Assembly (NCBI RefSeq): GCF_964355755.1
Contig: NC_092672.1
Coordinates: forward strand, 3,100,001 to 3,164,000
Direction of reading: 5' to 3'
Source of the DNA: Antedon mediterranea
Lineage: Eukaryota > Animalia > Echinodermata
DNA: 64,000 bases
The notes below the pieces were generated by a model. It searched no databases. It worked only from the letters and a program-made list of their open reading frames with translations, and was not told the origin of the DNA. Positions 40,191 through 53,900 of this stretch are shown here, piece after piece; position 1 is the stretch's first letter; the number at the start of each line of letters is the position of its first letter. The position numbers and the translations under genes are program-made.

Positions 40191-41612
40191 AGCAAATGTA
40201 GTATTAAATATTATATATTTCACAAAACCATTAATGCATTAAAAACATGAGATGAGTAGTAGTAATTAGTACGGTCTTTATTTAAATGTATATTTAATTT
40301 CACTTTCTATGGACCAGAGACTCCGAAATAAAAGATTGAATAAATAATAAAATCACATCGTCTTAAGTTTAATTTTACCCATTTAATTATAATTAATTTT
40401 AAAATAAAATGTCTTCATAAAATAATTGATGAGATTTTGTAAACAAAATTAAAAAATAGTAATTCACCATAATATTTCATGTACTGTAGTTACAACCATC
40501 TTAGTTCAAAACATTGTTTAAAGTTTCTGATTAATGATAATTTTCTGTTTGCCGTCTTCTATAATCCCTTTATTTTCATAGATACAGCATTAATTAAGAC
40601 CTATAAATGCACAAAAAAATCTGATTAAAACGTAGAGAATTGTAAATTCAGTTTCAATCATAAAAATCTTAAGCAACAAATAGCCTTTTAACCTAATAAC
40701 ATACATGCATGGTATTTAAAAATATCAACATGTCACACTCTGGGTCGTGTATCCTACTCTTAACGACAAAAGAATAAAATACGTAAAATCAATTTTTTTT
40801 GTATCAAACGTGTGTTTCAAACAGCAGCTCCACGATAATTACCAGTTAATTTAGGATAAATAGCAAGGTTTTAAATTAAATTAATTCGAACACAAGTGCA
40901 ATATTTCAATTTTGAATATAGCAAAAAAATGTATTTACAATTTTAACTTTTCCTATTGAAATTAAATGTCAAAACTATCACTTTGAACTCAATTTCTATT
41001 ATATCTGTTATTTGTTATTGCTTTCGTAAAAAAGTTGTACTGAGATGAATGAAAAATCTTTAATTTGTTTTACTACTTTACAACTCATTTTTTATTTCAA
41101 CTACAAAAAAAAAAAAATTAATATATGCGTGTTACAACGCTAATGTCGTAAACAGTGAAATATCAGCTTTAGTAAAAACCTCCAGCTAGCTACTAATATT
41201 GAAACATCAACAGCTTATGTAGTAAATAAAAAAAAACAAAACAACATCTACTGTAGTTATTGGAGTAACAAAATTGCCTCATAGCTAATGTAGTTGCTAT
41301 GGAGACAGCTGGAGGTTTTAGCATAAGCTGTGGATTGCTCTACATTAAACGGTTGTTACGATTTGCTGGCGACCACCAGTCGTTTAATCATGGAGGTACA
41401 GTATAAAATAATAATAATATTTTATACCTCCATTTAACCGAGTTTTATTTCTGATTGATAATAAATTGTGTTTGTCGCCCTCTATATTATTTACTAGGTT
41501 TACTACTTCGGCGCGGCTCCAGCACTATTTATTGTATTACAATACTAGAAATTGCAAGGCCCTTATTAAATAAAATAAATGTATTGTTTTTGCCATTTTT
41601 CTTCGCATCTAG

Positions 41613-43690
41613 ACAAGATTGAAGAATATCTGCTTCAAAGACAAAGGAAATTGTGTAGCCAGGCCAGTAGATTTACACCAGCAACAATGCGTGATAGATA
41701 CAAAGTTGACATTTCGCAGATGTTCACTGATTTAGAACTACTGAAAGAAGGTGACAAGAATGAAGGCTGCAAACCAACAACATTAACAGAAGTGGTAGAT
41801 GTTATCAGTTCCACACCTGGATGTAGAGCTCTTATAGATGGCGAGGGTGGGATAGGTAAAACTACCATATTAAGGCATTTATCATACAACTGGGCTACAC
41901 AATCGATTAAAGCATTTGAAGGCAAAATTGTATTTCTTTTAAGTGTACGTGATTTAGACAAAGATGATAACATTTCCAATCTCATTGTAAAGCAACTGGA
42001 TATGGAAGATTTTAATTTAAATACAGATCTCCCAGAGGACCCACGGTTAATTAAGAAATTCATAAACAAACATAACGATAAAGTTGTACTGCTACTAGAT
42101 GGGTTAGACGAATTGAGATTTAATAATCCAAGCGTAATTAGTCTGTTCAAAAAGAACAACCTAGAAGAAAGTACCGTGATACTTACTTCACGATCAGAAA
42201 ACATAGACGAATTCGTAAAAGAGAGTAACGTACATGTAAGGGTTAAGGGATTTAATAACAAGAGCATAGGAAAGTACATTGACAAACATTTTGAGTATTT
42301 TGAAAAATCACAATTGGGAAAATCCCTTAAAAGGGAATTAGATATTGACACGCATCTTGAAACAGTTTGGCCTAGAGAGCGAGAGCTAAACCATCATGAA
42401 GCGTATGAGTCGTCGTCGTCGGAGGAGGAGGAGTCGTTGTCATCATCATTATCGTCGTCGTCGGAGGAGGAGGAGGATCGAAAACATCCTGAAGCGTATG
42501 CAATGTGCAAAAACCCGATGCTACTTCTTTCACTCTGTATATTGTGGGAAGATAATCAAAGTCTCCCCGAAAATAAAACTGACCTCTTCAAAGAACTCTT
42601 TCGTAGTATTTTGAATCAGTTCAACAAACGAGAAAACATAACAAAGATTTCTGAATTTGAAAAAACACCAGTGAAATATGTAAATGCTATGATTTTATTA
42701 GGGAAATTTATGTATGATAGCTTAAAAGTAAACAAACTTTCAATAAACAAAACGGATTTGACTAAACATTCGAACAAAGCTATGGTTGATATGGCCTTAA
42801 AACTCGGGTTCGTTTATGAAGACGCACAAATTTCAAAATCAAATTTTGATAACATTTTTATGCCTCCTCACAAATTGATAGTAGAGTCATTGGTGGGATT
42901 TTACTTGTGCAAATTATGTGAAAGTGAAGATATTGAGAATGAGTGCTCAGATGTACGAACATTACTTACACCATTGGATGATGATGAGTGGAAGGTGATA
43001 CGAGAGAGTGAGCATTTATACAGAGCGACAGAGTTTGCAATTGGTTTCCTTGGTGATAAAGCTGGCGGTTTCCTCAAGCACTGGGTTACAAATAGTTTGT
43101 CAACATATCGCAATCTGCCGAGAAATTTAAACTTTGTTAAAAAAGAACATAAAGATGCTGTGGTAAATGAATTAATTAATTACATGACAAGCAAAGATTT
43201 AGAAATAAATAATCATTTGGATGATATATCTACCTCCATAAGAATGTTTATTGATTACATTAGTCAAGGTGTACAATGTGACGGGCATTTCATACGTCTA
43301 ATTATGCAATTGTATTGTATGCCATATGGTCGTCATAGAGTCACTGACTTTTGTAGTAAGATGGCATTGGAGCGAAAGGGAAGAGTTATTGCACACATTT
43401 TAGGCATTGAAGGTAAATGTAACTATGTTGGGATTGGGAATCTATCACGTGATGTATTTCATGACTTTGTATCAGAATGTTCTCTCAAACAAGTTCAATT
43501 AGCATTACTTCATCTCTATATCCGTGATAGTAACCTTCGCAACATTGATGTTAATTCAATGTCTTCATTACTCATTATGTGTCCTAAGCTGACGATGCTT
43601 GACATGGAGGGTTGCAATCTATCAGGTGACGTCATTCGTCACCTGTCTGAAAAGTGTTCAATAAGAAATATTACATTTTATCATTATTAG
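41613..43690 (+). CDS. NLR receptor copy 2, terminal NACHT + short LRR exon
   Basis: Acceptor ...cgcatctag| at 41612 (phase 1, compatible with the DED exon and 63-nt exons). Same NACHT motifs as copy 1, plus an extra Ser/Glu insert. Confidence 0.9.
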
Positions 43691-43925
43691 TTTTCACTGA
43701 TAACGTATGTTACTTCTACTATATAACAAACACATTTTAAAATCTCGCAGCAAGCAGGTGTCAATTTTTAATATCGCAAATAATTGCATTTCTAACATTA
43801 AATTTGTATACAATATAAAAACGACCTTTTATGTATAAATCGTATAGTAGATTAAATCAATATGATAATCTAAAACAATAGCTTTTATAAAATGTTTTTA
43901 AATATTTTATTTTGCCATCATACTT

Positions 43926-43970
43926 ACCTTCATCGACGGAGCGCGCGCGCGTACTTCCGCACGCGGCACA
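43926..43970 (-). promoter_or_regulatory. Putative antisense CpG promoter / first micro-exon, copy 2 (ATG AAG|GTAAGT)
   Basis: Same motif as 3887-3930, here with a perfect AAG|GTAAGT donor. Confidence 0.4.
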
Positions 43971-44644
43971 CTAGCAACGCAAGTAATAATTATTAACAGC
44001 TGTAGCAATGCAGATAAACAAGAATGTTTGTTTCTTATTCATTATTATCTTTATAAGCTGTGCTGCCATATTTAATTTAAATTATTCTTTTATAATAATG
44101 CAATGTTTTTTACTTGATATATTGTATAGAATTGGTTGTGCGTGTTTTAAAGTAATTATGTGATAATATTATATTAAATGTAATTAATACAACTCTTTAT
44201 AATTAGGTGTGCTGGTTAAATACTAAAAGTAAAGTGGTACAACTTGAAACTACAAAACATAACATGAACATAGTGATGAAACGTAATTTGTTATCAAAAT
44301 GAAAACGTAATTAGAAATTATATTAACAAATAAACGCATTATGAGATGTCTTTGGCACAGTAACAACAGAAAAAAGTTGTAGTAGAATTTGTAAAACTAA
44401 AAATAACAAAAATAAAACAATGAAGACATTATATAATATAGTTTGATATCAATGATTAGTTTCATTGCTGTGTTTTTAAATATATTTTTTGATGTATACT
44501 TATTTGTTGATGTAGAAATAGTGAAATATAATTATGTATAAAATAAATTTAAGGGTGAAAATATATAGATTGGAATAATTAAAAGTTCTACTTAATTTTC
44601 AGATATATTTGTGTACAGTCTTTGATTTTCTGTATGTTGTAAGA

Positions 44645-45211
44645 GTAATAACACTTGGTGTTAACAATAGTTTAAACCTGAACACTGTGCTGACTTGTAA
44701 TAACACTTGGTGTTAACAATAGTTTAAACCTGAACACTGTGCTGACTTGTAATAACACTTGGTGTTAACAATAGTTTAAACCTGAACACTGTGCTGACTT
44801 GTAATAACACTTGGTGTTAAAAATAGTTTAAACCTCAACACTGTGCTGAATTGTAATAACACTTGGTGTTAACAATAGTTTAAACCTGAACACTGTGCTG
44901 ACTTGTAATAACACTTGGTGTTAACAATAGTTTAAACCTGAACACTGTGCTGACTTGTAATAACACTTGGTGTTAAAAATAGTTTAAACCTCAACACTGT
45001 GCTGAATTGTAATAACACTTGGTGTTAACAATAGTTTAAACCTGAACACTGTGCTGACTTGTAATAACACTTGGTGTTAACAATAGTTTAAACCTGAACA
45101 CTGTGCTGACTTGTTATAACACTTGGTGTTAACAATAGTTTAAACCTGAACACTGTGCTGACTTGTAATAACACTTGGTGTTAACAATAGTTTAAACCTG
45201 AACACTGTGCT
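44645..45211. repeat. 52-bp minisatellite, ~11 copies
   Basis: Same unit as 4628-4779. Confidence 0.95.
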
Positions 45212-45229
45212 GTGCAGAAAACAACAGTA

Positions 45230-46314
<1,085 letters not shown>

Positions 46315-46835
46315 GTGAGAAGATAAGAAAACAATCTTCCACTATTTTTTAATCATTGAAAAACAAATTAACGTGATTCATGGCTGCTATTATTATGAAA
46401 AACCAAAACAAAACAAAACATGGTCTGTGGCCTACTACAAGTCCAACTGGTATTATTATATTAAAGATAGTCATTACTTGGACGTGTAAAAATTAAGACA
46501 AACACATTTTCCAACTGAATTAAGTTTTCTCTTTACTCTGACGTATTCTGAAATACTTACATGTTGTCTATCATTAAAAACATTCTTGCACTCATTCTTA
46601 AAAAAAAACACAGAAACGTAATTAATCATGCAGTAGACCTAGACCTAGTTGCTGATAAAATCAGAATGAATGAAATGTCTATATTAACTGGCCATTTATA
46701 ATTGTGCATTAACTATAATTTACATTTACAAATTAGCAAAAGTTAGTTGTTTCTTTACTCTGTATCCATGAGTGCTTATACCTGTCAACAGCCATCTAGA
46801 CGACAGTAGTTCTGTCTCTGTAGACATGGTGGAGG

Positions 46836-49659
46836 GGATGCTAGTCAAGTCGCCCCATCGCAAAGTCGCCCCATACAAAGTCGCCCCTTACACAGTCGCC
46901 CCCGTATCCGGATATTCACCCCCTGGACATTTACCCCCCGGACAACTACCCCCCGGACAACCACCACCTGGACCACTACCCCCTTAGGACAACTACCCCT
47001 TTAGGACAACTACCCCCCGGACAAATACCCCCCGGACAACTACCCCCTTAGGACAAAAACCCCCTTAGGACAACTACCCCCTGGACAACTACCCCCCGGA
47101 CAATTACCCCCTAGGAACAATTACCCCCCGGACAATTACCCCCCGGACAATTACCACCCAGAAAACTATCCCTTTAGAACACCCTAACCACCCAGACCAT
47201 TCAACAACCCTGACTCTGCAACTATTAATTAATAACTATATTTTAATTCGTTACTTTGACGAATTACTATTCATTATTGTAAACAAAAGTAAAAGATTGA
47301 ACATAAATATAGCCTGGTGGTATAAACTGAAGATTGTCACACATGATCATAGGATAGTCGAACGTATTATATAGTACTCCATGTATTTACTGTAAAGACT
47401 GGGTTCGCTAATAATAATAATAATTTTTGCGTCAGGACAATGCTTCGATAACCACTTAATTTTTGTCTCAAATTTGTCATATATGTATTTTTGTACACTT
47501 GAAGAATAATATCACTTTTGATATTTGACCTCAATGTTCACTCACCGAATAAACGTCGATCTTTAAATAAATTCCCCTCAAATAAACGGTGACCATGTCA
47601 CTCCCATGAAACATCATATGGAATAATCGGCGTCTATTTCCATTAGATTATACCCTCTCCCATTGAATAAACAACTTTCTTCCAATAAATGTCCATCTAA
47701 AAACCACCTAAACAATAAACAGCCCAGGCCGTTTTTTCAATAAATACGGTACTTTAAATCTAGCACATCTAGGGTCTAGCGTGCTGTTAAACAGAATAAT
47801 CGGTTAAAAACGGGTGTTTCGAAACTAGAGACCCGAGACCAGAGACCAGAGACCCGAGACCCAATACGAAAAGGGAGACCTAAATATACGAAAAGGGAGA
47901 CCCACGTACGAAAAGGGAGACCCCACTATACGAAAAGGGAGACCCCACTATACGAAAAGGGAGACCCTAATATACGAAAAGGGAGACCTAAATATACGAA
48001 AAGGGAGACCAAATATACGAAAAGGGAGACCCAAAAATACGAAATGGGAGACCTAAATATACGAAAAGGGAGACCCACTATAAGAAAAGGGAGACCCCAC
48101 TATACGAAAAGAGAGACCACACTATACGAAAAGGGAGACCCTAATATACGAAAAGGGAGACCCAAATATAGGTCTCCCTTTTCGTATTGGGTCTCGTGTC
48201 AGGTCTCTGGTCTCGGGTCTCTAGTTTCGAAACACCCGTTAAAAACAGATGATTTCATTTTTACAGAAACCGGTCCTATATATTTGTCTACTTTTGGATT
48301 GGGGGAGGGGGTAGTTGACCGGGGGGTAGTTGACCGGGGGGTAGTTATCCTAAGGGGGTAGTTGTCCTAAGGGGGTGGTTGTCCGGGGGGTAGTTGTCCG
48401 GGGGGTTGTTATCCTAAGGGGGTTGTTGTCCTAAGGGGGTAGTTGTCCGGGGGGTAGTTGTCCGGGGGGTAGTTTTCCTAAGGGGGTAGTTGTCCGGGTG
48501 GTAAACATCCGGGGGGTACCTGTCTAGGGGGTAGGTGTCCTAGAACCAGTCGCCCCATCGCAAAGTCGCCCCAAAACAAAGTCGCCCCGACACAGTCGCC
48601 CTATCGCAAAGTCGCCCCATCGCAAAGTCGCCCCAACGCAAAGTCGCTCCATCGCAAAGTCGCCCCATCACAAAGTCGCCCTATCGCAAAGTCGCCCCAA
48701 AACGTTAAAAAATAGTTTACAAGTGCGTAAAATGTTGCAATGATACACAAAATAACACAACGTGTAGGCATAAAAGGGGAAGCCCCGCCATGTAGTCTCG
48801 GGTCACACGATCGGCACGCACCCCCATATCAGAGAGGAAGCCCCCGACTAATCACTCGGTCGCACTCAGCGGTCGCACTAACGTGCTAGCTTACCAGAGG
48901 GAAACCCCCGTAATTACTCCGCCGTTGCCGTTGTCGCACTCTACAATGCACCATCTGAAGATGGGGAAACCCCGCCGGAGTTTTACGATGATATCAGTCG
49001 CGTTCGAAATCGGTGGCGATAAAATGATGTTATACGATCTAGATTATTTTTACTTTGGTCGATGAATATTTATTATTATTATTAGGCCTATATTAATAAT
49101 TGATTTTTGTTTTTTATTCTACACATTTATACATTTATTATATTATCCTAAAAAATGAGCTGGTATCGCGTAGGTTGAAGAAATTGTAATTGTGGCTCTG
49201 GTAACTAATTTTAAAATCATATAACATTTTCGAAACTATAAATCAGGGATAATCTTTTTAAAACTTTCAAACAAGGGACTATTTTTTTAATGATTTTTAA
49301 AAAGCACATCACTCCATTAAAACCTGCTGTAAAATACAAATTAAAACACATATTATGTATATAATAGGATAAACATTAATGTATACGACATTTAGCGCGA
49401 CCAAAGTAACAACGCAATCGATATCAAACGCAACCGATACGATTAAAACCGTGGGCGACTTTGCGATGGGGCGACTTTGCGTTGGGGCGACTTTGCGATG
49501 GGGCGAATTTGCGATGGGGCGACTTTGTAATGGGGCGACTTTGAGATGGGGCGACTGTGCCGGGGCGACTTTGTTTTGGGGCGACTTTGCGATGGGGCGA
49601 CTTTGTATTGGGCGACTTTGTATGGGGCGACTTTGCGATGGGGCGACTTGACTGGATCC
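46836..49659. mobile_element. MULE-like element with caaagtcgcccc subterminal arrays (outer layer of a nest)
   Basis: Termini GGATGCTAGTCAAGTCGCCCC / GGGGCGACTTGACTGGATCC and a 9-bp TSD tggtggagg/cggtggagg. Absent from the homologous copy-1 region near 10225. Confidence 0.82.
46903..48547 (-). mobile_element. Inverted near-identical copy of element 21639-23268, including its nested MITE (47812-48237)
   Basis: 9-bp TSD agtcgcccc. An identical 105-aa spurious ORF appears at 48044 (+) and 21810 (-). Confidence 0.88.
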
Positions 49660-49940
49660 CGGTGGAGGTAGATAGAGGTCTACATGGACCATGGTCGATC
49701 GTGGTTGAGGTATTTAATAACTCCATTGTTTGTGTGTAGCAGCTATAGTATAATCTTCACGTATGTCACGCACTGTCATCCTGCTGTGAGAAGATGAAGA
49801 CAATTCTGATCAGACATTGAGGTCACCTACGTTAATTAGGCCTAGGCCTAGTAGTAGACTCTAAACTAGATACTTCCCTCCTCCGACTCTCCAGAGTTGT
49901 TGTTTGTGGGCTAGGCTAGGGGAGAAAAGAGTGGTACATA

Positions 49941-50744
49941 TGTTATGCGCGATTTGAACGATTTGCGCAATTTGAAATTGCGCAAAGAAATCCTTGCGCA
50001 ATTTGAAATTGCGCAAAGAATTCTTGCGCAATTTAAATTTGCGCAATGATTTTTTTGCGCAATTTCAAATTGCGCAATCAACTTGCGCAATTTCAAATTG
50101 CGCAAGAAAATCTTTGCGCAATTTTAAATTGCGCTGCACAATTTGTAAATTGCGCAAGATAGTTCTTGCGCAATATGACACCTTTGCGCAATTTGAAAAC
50201 GAACTGTAAATTTTCCCATACATGGCTAGGAGGCTAGGCCTAGGCAGAGGAGTTTAAAATTTAGTATTTTATTATAAATAAATAAGACCATTTCAATGAA
50301 GATAATGTTTAATACTCACTTTTTAAGTTTTTAATATTAGTTTAAGCTAGGCCATGTAACCTAGTCAGTATCAGTAGTCCAGACCCTAGCTAGGCTAGAG
50401 TAGTATAGCCGGCCGCCCGCGCCGCGCCCGCCTGGTGGAACACCACCGCTTCGTTTTCCTTCGTCGGTTCTTCGACGGTATGCTAACTTATAACAATATT
50501 TGCACTACTAAAATAAGGAAATGCGATATTTATCTTTAATTTTGAATCATTCTTAGAAATTACTATAAAAACATGGGTGTGCATGATTTCACAATCTGTT
50601 TAAAAACCTTGCGCAATTTGCAGATTACTTGCGCAATTTAATACGTTGCTTGCGCAATTTGAAACACATGTTTCAATTCAAATTGCGCAAGGATTTTTTT
50701 TGCGCAATTTCAAATTGCGCAAATCGTTCAAATCGCGCATAACA
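49941..50744. mobile_element. Non-autonomous DNA transposon with TGT...ACA termini (Ginger-like)
   Basis: TIRs TGTTATGCGCGATTTGAACGATTTGCGCAATTTGAAATTGCGC, a 4-bp TSD cata and many TTGCGCAA palindromes. Absent in copy 1 near 10440. Confidence 0.75.
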
Positions 50745-50972
50745 CATACACCGAATGCCGGTGGTACACCCTGCTGGCTGGCTGTGTGTGATAATTGTCA
50801 CGTTAGTTAGGTGCCAGGCAGGCACCAGTAGGCCTAGCGTAATACCAAAACAGAAAAAAACTATAAACACCCAGCTTACCTAAGTTTTGTGTCTCTTAAA
50901 GAACAGGTTAGGCCTACACCTTTTATATTATTCATAAAGGCCGCGCTGTGTGAATTGATACCAAAACCATAC

Positions 50973-53900
50973 TAGTAGAGGCTATATATGGTTTGACCTT
51001 GAAAAAATTCTAATAAAAGGTCTTTTGGTATTTTCTTGTAGCTTTAGGTGTCAATAATTACCAAAAAATTTTTGCAGCCTTCTAGTTGCTGCGTTAGTGA
51101 GATATTGAGGGTCAAAGGTCAGTGACCTTTTTGTGGCATTTGATGGCTCATAACTCCTCAACTCCTGGGTTTAAAAAGACAAATGTGGTTTCTACATCTA
51201 TGTTTTAGTGGTCAAACAACAAAATAAAGTTTTTGCAAATTTCGGGTTACTTGTGCCATTGGTCAGATAGTCGGGTCAAAGGTCATTGACCTTTATTCAT
51301 TAATAACTACTGCTAGTGTAGGACCTGAGTAAGATTTGTATGCATTCAATTTAGGAGAGAATATCTCAACTGTTATAGGATAATTTGACCCCAAGGAACA
51401 ATATGGGATATGTGTCAAATTCGTTATCTGGGGCGAAAATGCCCAAAATCGGGGTCAAGGGTTAGAAATGTGTCGTTCTTATATCTCGACAACCACTTGT
51501 CATACAGATTTGCTTTTGGTGTCAAATTGTTCAGAATATACATATTTATATTCGGTCTAACACAACTTTTACCCAAAAAAATGACCGGAAATGCTTTTAC
51601 TGACCTTTGACCAAAAAACACATTTTCGGGTTAAATTATTATTTAAAATGTCAATGGACACACTGTATGGTATCAAATGAAAACATATACAATATGCTAC
51701 CCATTGCTACCCAACTTGTATTGAACATTTTTTAATTAGGAATCTAATCTTATGGAAAATGTGCCTAATTTGATTACTTTTATACAAAAAATGAATATTT
51801 AGTAGCGTAATTGTTGTGCTTATTTATATAATGTTAAATAATTTTAAATAAGTGTTTGGAAGAACTATTTGGTATCAAATAAAAGCCCATACAATATTCT
51901 ATCCATTGCTATCCAACTTGTAATACAAATCTGTAATTATGATGCTACTTTGGTGAAAAATGTGCATATTTTATTGCTTTTTGACAAAAATGGGTATACA
52001 TTACCAGATAATTTATTTTGGTTTATTTATGATATTAAATAATTCAAATGTTTGAAAAGACATATTTGGTATCAAAGGAAAGCACATACAATATGCTACC
52101 TAACTTGTATTTAATTATGTGATGTTATTTTTGGAAAATATGCATATATTTTTATTAAATTTAGACAAAAATGAGTATAAATTAATGTAAGTTTATTTTG
52201 GGTGAAATAATTCTAGCGTTGTAATGAAATATTTGGTATAAAAAAGAAAAGAATTAGTTGTAGTTTATTAAGTTCTTTATTTGGTAGACCAAACAAAATG
52301 GCATTGCAGTAGTCTAACCGTGATGTTATTAGTGCATGGACAAGTTTAATAAGCGAGGAGTGGGTTAAGGATTTGCGAATTGATCTTATGTTACGAAGGT
52401 GGTAGGTATCAGATTTACTAATGTTGTTGATATGTCTGGACATAATCATTGCTGAGTCAAATACAACTCCGATATATCTAACCTCCAACGATGATGTGAT
52501 TGATGTTTCTAGCAATGGCCAATTTCTTGAAGTGTTTTGAATGAATAAATAAGATTTCTGTTTTACCAGGGTTAAAAAGAGCATGTTTTTAGTTAGCCAA
52601 TCCTGAACATCAACAACACAAGCTTCGATAACCGACTTCGCCTCATTAAACTCTGCTGAATTAAAGCTGATGTATCATCTGCGTACACATGATATTGGAC
52701 ACAATGTCTCTTAATGATATCACTCATGGGCGAGGTGTAAACTAAAAACAATACTGGACCCAGTATTGATCCTTGAGGAACACCGCATTTCAGGTCGATA
52801 GAGGTGGATTTGACATTACCAATCTGGACCTGCTGCTTCCTAGAAGACAAATATTACTTGAACTAATTTAGAGCAGATCCACGGATACCAATAGACGAGA
52901 GTCTTGCAATAATAATGGAATAGTCCATGGTATCAGAAGCTGCCGACAGGTCGAGGTACACAGAAAAAAGACAATTACCTTTATCCAGAGCTAAAATAAT
53001 ATCATTATGCACCTTGAGAATGGCTGACTCTGTACTGTGGCGCTTTCTATATGCTGATTGAAGAGGGTCGAACAGATTATTGTCGTCAAGAAAATGTATG
53101 AGATCTAAAGCAACGCATTTCTCAAGGATCTTAGATAAGAAAGCGACATTAGAAATAGATCGAAAATTTGCCATGCAAGTATGTGAAGGTGTCTTTAAAA
53201 TAAGTGTAACTAGACCCAACTTCAAATCATCAGGAAAGGTCGTACCAGTTGATAAAGATAAATTAATAATAATTCTAAATACTGAAGTCAATTATGTTAT
53301 GTAAGTTATATTCTTAATTAAAAATGTTTAATACCAGTTGGGTAGCAATGGGTAGCATATTGTATATGCTTTCATTTTATACCATACAGTGTGTCCATTG
53401 ACATTTTATGGAATAATTTAACCCGAAAATGTGTTTTTTGGTCATTTTTTGGTCAAAGGTCAGTAAAAGCATTTCCGGTCATTTTTTGGGGTAAAAGTTG
53501 TGTTAGACTGAATATAAATATGTATATTCTGAACAATTTGACACCAAAAGCAAATCTGTATGACAAGTGGTTGTCGAGATATAAGAACCACACATTTCTA
53601 ACCTTTGACCCCGATTTTGGGCATGTTCGCCCCAGATAACGAATTTGACACATATCCCATATTGTTCCTTGGGGTCAAATTATCCTATAACAGTTGAGAT
53701 ATTCTCTCCTAAATTGAATGCATACAAATCTTACTCAGGTCCTACACTAGCAGTAGTTGAATGAATGAAGGTCAATGACCTTTGACCTGACTATCTGACC
53801 AATGGCACAAGTAACCCGAAATTTGCAAAAACATTATTTTGTTGTTTGACCACTAAAACATAGATGTAGGCACAACATTTGTCTTTTTAAACCCAGGAGT

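Noticed and set aside
41579-41612. ATG 41579 (and 1698) as the NLR start
   Set aside because: The first lies in an intronic polypyrimidine tract and the second is an internal TTG. A strong acceptor and upstream phase-compatible exons explain the structure better.
49309-50209. Multiple short repetitive ORFs (QSRP/KSPH, RNFKLRK)
   Set aside because: Derived from subterminal repeats of non-autonomous transposons.
52213-53291. Active retrotransposon, retron or DGR reverse transcriptase
   Set aside because: A fragmented LINE-type RT split across frames, with no endonuclease or template/variable repeat pair.
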